This document shows positions 62,682 to 64,000 of a DNA stretch of 64,000 nucleotides, piece after piece (within the stretch, counting starts at the first letter, position 1; each line of letters begins with the position of its first letter). Origin of the DNA: Candidatus Zixiibacteriota bacterium (lineage in GTDB: Bacteria; Zixibacteria; MSB-5A5; GN15; JAAZOE01); the NCBI GenBank assembly GCA_036480375.1, contig JAZGGI010000003.1, forward strand, positions 141,892-205,891, read 5' to 3'. The notes under the pieces are model-generated. The model saw only the letters and a list, made by a program, of their open reading frames with translations. It was not told where the DNA came from and did not search any database. The position numbers and the translations under genes were made by a program.

Positions 62682-64000
62682 TTAGGCAAGAGGAAGATTA
62701 ATTTTTATTACGGCTCCGCCGTTGGGATGATTTGACGCCTCGACGGTACCGCCGCATTCGGATATTGTCTTATAAGCAAGAGCAAGACCGAGTCCTGATC
62801 CATCCGCCTTAGTCGTGAAATACGGTTGAAATATCTTGGATAAAACCTCATCATCAAATCCCGGCCCGGTATCGGAAACGGTGATTAAAACCCCCTCGTT
62901 ATCGGTTTCAAGAACGTTTATTATTACCTGTCCTCCGAATTTCATAAACTGAATACTGTTTCGAATCAGGTTGATAAAAACCTGCTGCAATTTTTCAATC
63001 TGGCAGCGCACCATAATAGATTTTCCCGCCAGGAAATTTATCGTAATACCGTTTTGTTTGGCTTCGTCAACCACGCTGTTTATTCCCCGTTCAATTGCCT
63101 CATTCAAATCAACAGGCGTATCCTCTTTGGTTTTGGAACGAGCCAAATCCAAAAACCGGGTCAGAATTTGATTCAATCGCTCTGTTTCACTCAGGATATT
63201 TTTTGTCAGAGTATGATATTCTTCTCGATCTTCCGGGGGATTAAATTCCATTTTCAATCTCTGCGCGGCGATTCCGATGGCGTTCAGGGGGTTTCTGATT
63301 TCATGAGCCACTCCGGCGGCCATATCCCCCATCTCAACCAGCCTCTCTCTGCGACGATTCTCTTCCTCAAGCTTTTTGCGGCGGGTTATATCGTGAATCA
63401 AGATCACCACTCCGCCGCCTGCCTTTTCCGGAAGCCCGGTCGCTCCCAGCAGGATTGTACGGAGTTGATTTTGGGGCGTCTTAATCTCCAGTTCCTGAGA
63501 TATAATGGCCTGTCCGGGGGGAAATTCCTTACTCAAAACAAAGGGTATATTGGCGGCGATTTCATCAATGGAATCATCAATATTTTTGGTTCCGATTCCA
63601 GTCAATTCAAAAAAAGCGTTATTGACCGCGATGATTTTGCCGTTAGTGTCATAGGCCAATACCGCACTGGTTAATTGATCGAAAATAGTCTCTGTGCGAG
63701 ATTTCATCTGACGAAAAGATTTGTCGAGGATAAAATAATTTTGATTGATAGACACGACGGCGACAATCAGAAGCGTAATAAGGAACAAAACTATCGCGGT
63801 GATGATAATCTGTCGGTCATATCCATCGGATATGGAATGAAATTCATCAAGATTCATCCCGATACGGTATATTCCGGGCGGGTATGAAACCGATTCAAAA
63901 CGACGAGCGATTTCCAAAACATCATAATCTTCAAGCCGGTGTATGCGCCAGCCAACGGTATCGACCGGCATTAATGATTCGAGAAACGGATCATTCTCAA
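62682..64000 (-). CDS. sensor histidine kinase (PAS-HisKA-HATPase), probably 5'-truncated by the window edge
   Basis: H-box VAHEIRNPLNAIG, N box NLIRNSIQF, DTGPGF, GSGLGLA. The frame stays open from the ATG at 63971 to position 64000. Only one TM segment lies before the PAS domain, so the true start is likely outside the window. Confidence 0.8.
   Translation of the reverse strand, partial: ENDPFLESLMPVDTVGWRIHRLEDYDVLEIARRFESVSYPPGIYRIGMNLDEFHSISDGYDRQIIITAIVLFLITLLIVAVVSINQNYFILDKSFRQMKSRTETIFDQLTSAVLAYDTNGKIIAVNNAFFELTGIGTKNIDDSIDEIAANIPFVLSKEFPPGQAIISQELEIKTPQNQLRTILLGATGLPEKAGGGVVILIHDITRRKKLEEENRRRERLVEMGDMAAGVAHEIRNPLNAIGIAAQRLKMEFNPPEDREEYHTLTKNILSETERLNQILTRFLDLARSKTKEDTPVDLNEAIERGINSVVDEAKQNGITINFLAGKSIMVRCQIEKLQQVFINLIRNSIQFMKFGGQVIINVLETDNEGVLITVSDTGPGFDDEVLSKIFQPYFTTKADGSGLGLALAYKTISECGGTVEASNHPNGGAVIKINLPLA

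Noticed and set aside
1-64000. Mobile elements, prophage, defence islands, CRISPR-cas, rRNA operons
   Set aside because: I found no transposase, integrase, recombinase, capsid or terminase, restriction-modification, toxin-antitoxin or cas-like translations in any frame. There are no long inverted terminal repeats and no rRNA-like sequence.

Overview
Densely coded chromosomal segment: 60 CDS calls (50 on the minus strand) and 2 tRNAs. No transposase, integrase, phage, CRISPR or cas signatures were seen. The gene content suggests an uncultured-type diderm bacterium: tatC, murJ, split hldA/hldC heptose genes, one T9SS-type C-terminal sorting domain, and two secreted metalloproteases with C-terminal dockerin repeats. 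Most of the window is housekeeping: nrdR, glyA, rpiB, ilvE, mtnN, hisS, rpsT, ltaE, tldD/pmbA and comEC. The most unusual locus is 36.9-48.8 kb. There a type IV pilus motor set (pilB-pilT-pilC plus a PilS-like kinase) lies directly downstream of, and co-oriented with, an expanded MglA polarity module. This module holds one MglA-type GTPase with a ~210-aa Pro/Gln-rich tail that ends in a MinD-like amphipathic helix. It also holds a canonical MglB, three further Roadblock/LC7 proteins (one stand-alone, one polytopic-membrane fusion, one TPR fusion), a small membrane protein and a DUF4388 protein. Other points worth follow-up: (a) a tRNA-His with no encoded G-1, a G1:U72 pair and A73, sitting 24 nt upstream of a long atypical hisS; (b) a DedA/VTT-like membrane domain fused to a radical SAM/SPASM-like enzyme; (c) an S9 peptidase whose nucleophile Ser is Arg; (d) a Tat-signal TldD next to a leaderless PmbA; (e) a cohesin-like module that could partner the dockerin-tagged proteases; (f) an ArsR-family operon encoding a 68-aa protein with four Cys-Cys dyads and a 22-aa micro-ORF; (g) a 760-bp non-coding island beside nrdR with a relic nrdR 3' end, GC hairpins and a 26-bp tandem repeat array. 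All calls come from reading the sequence and ORF translations by eye. No database search was run.
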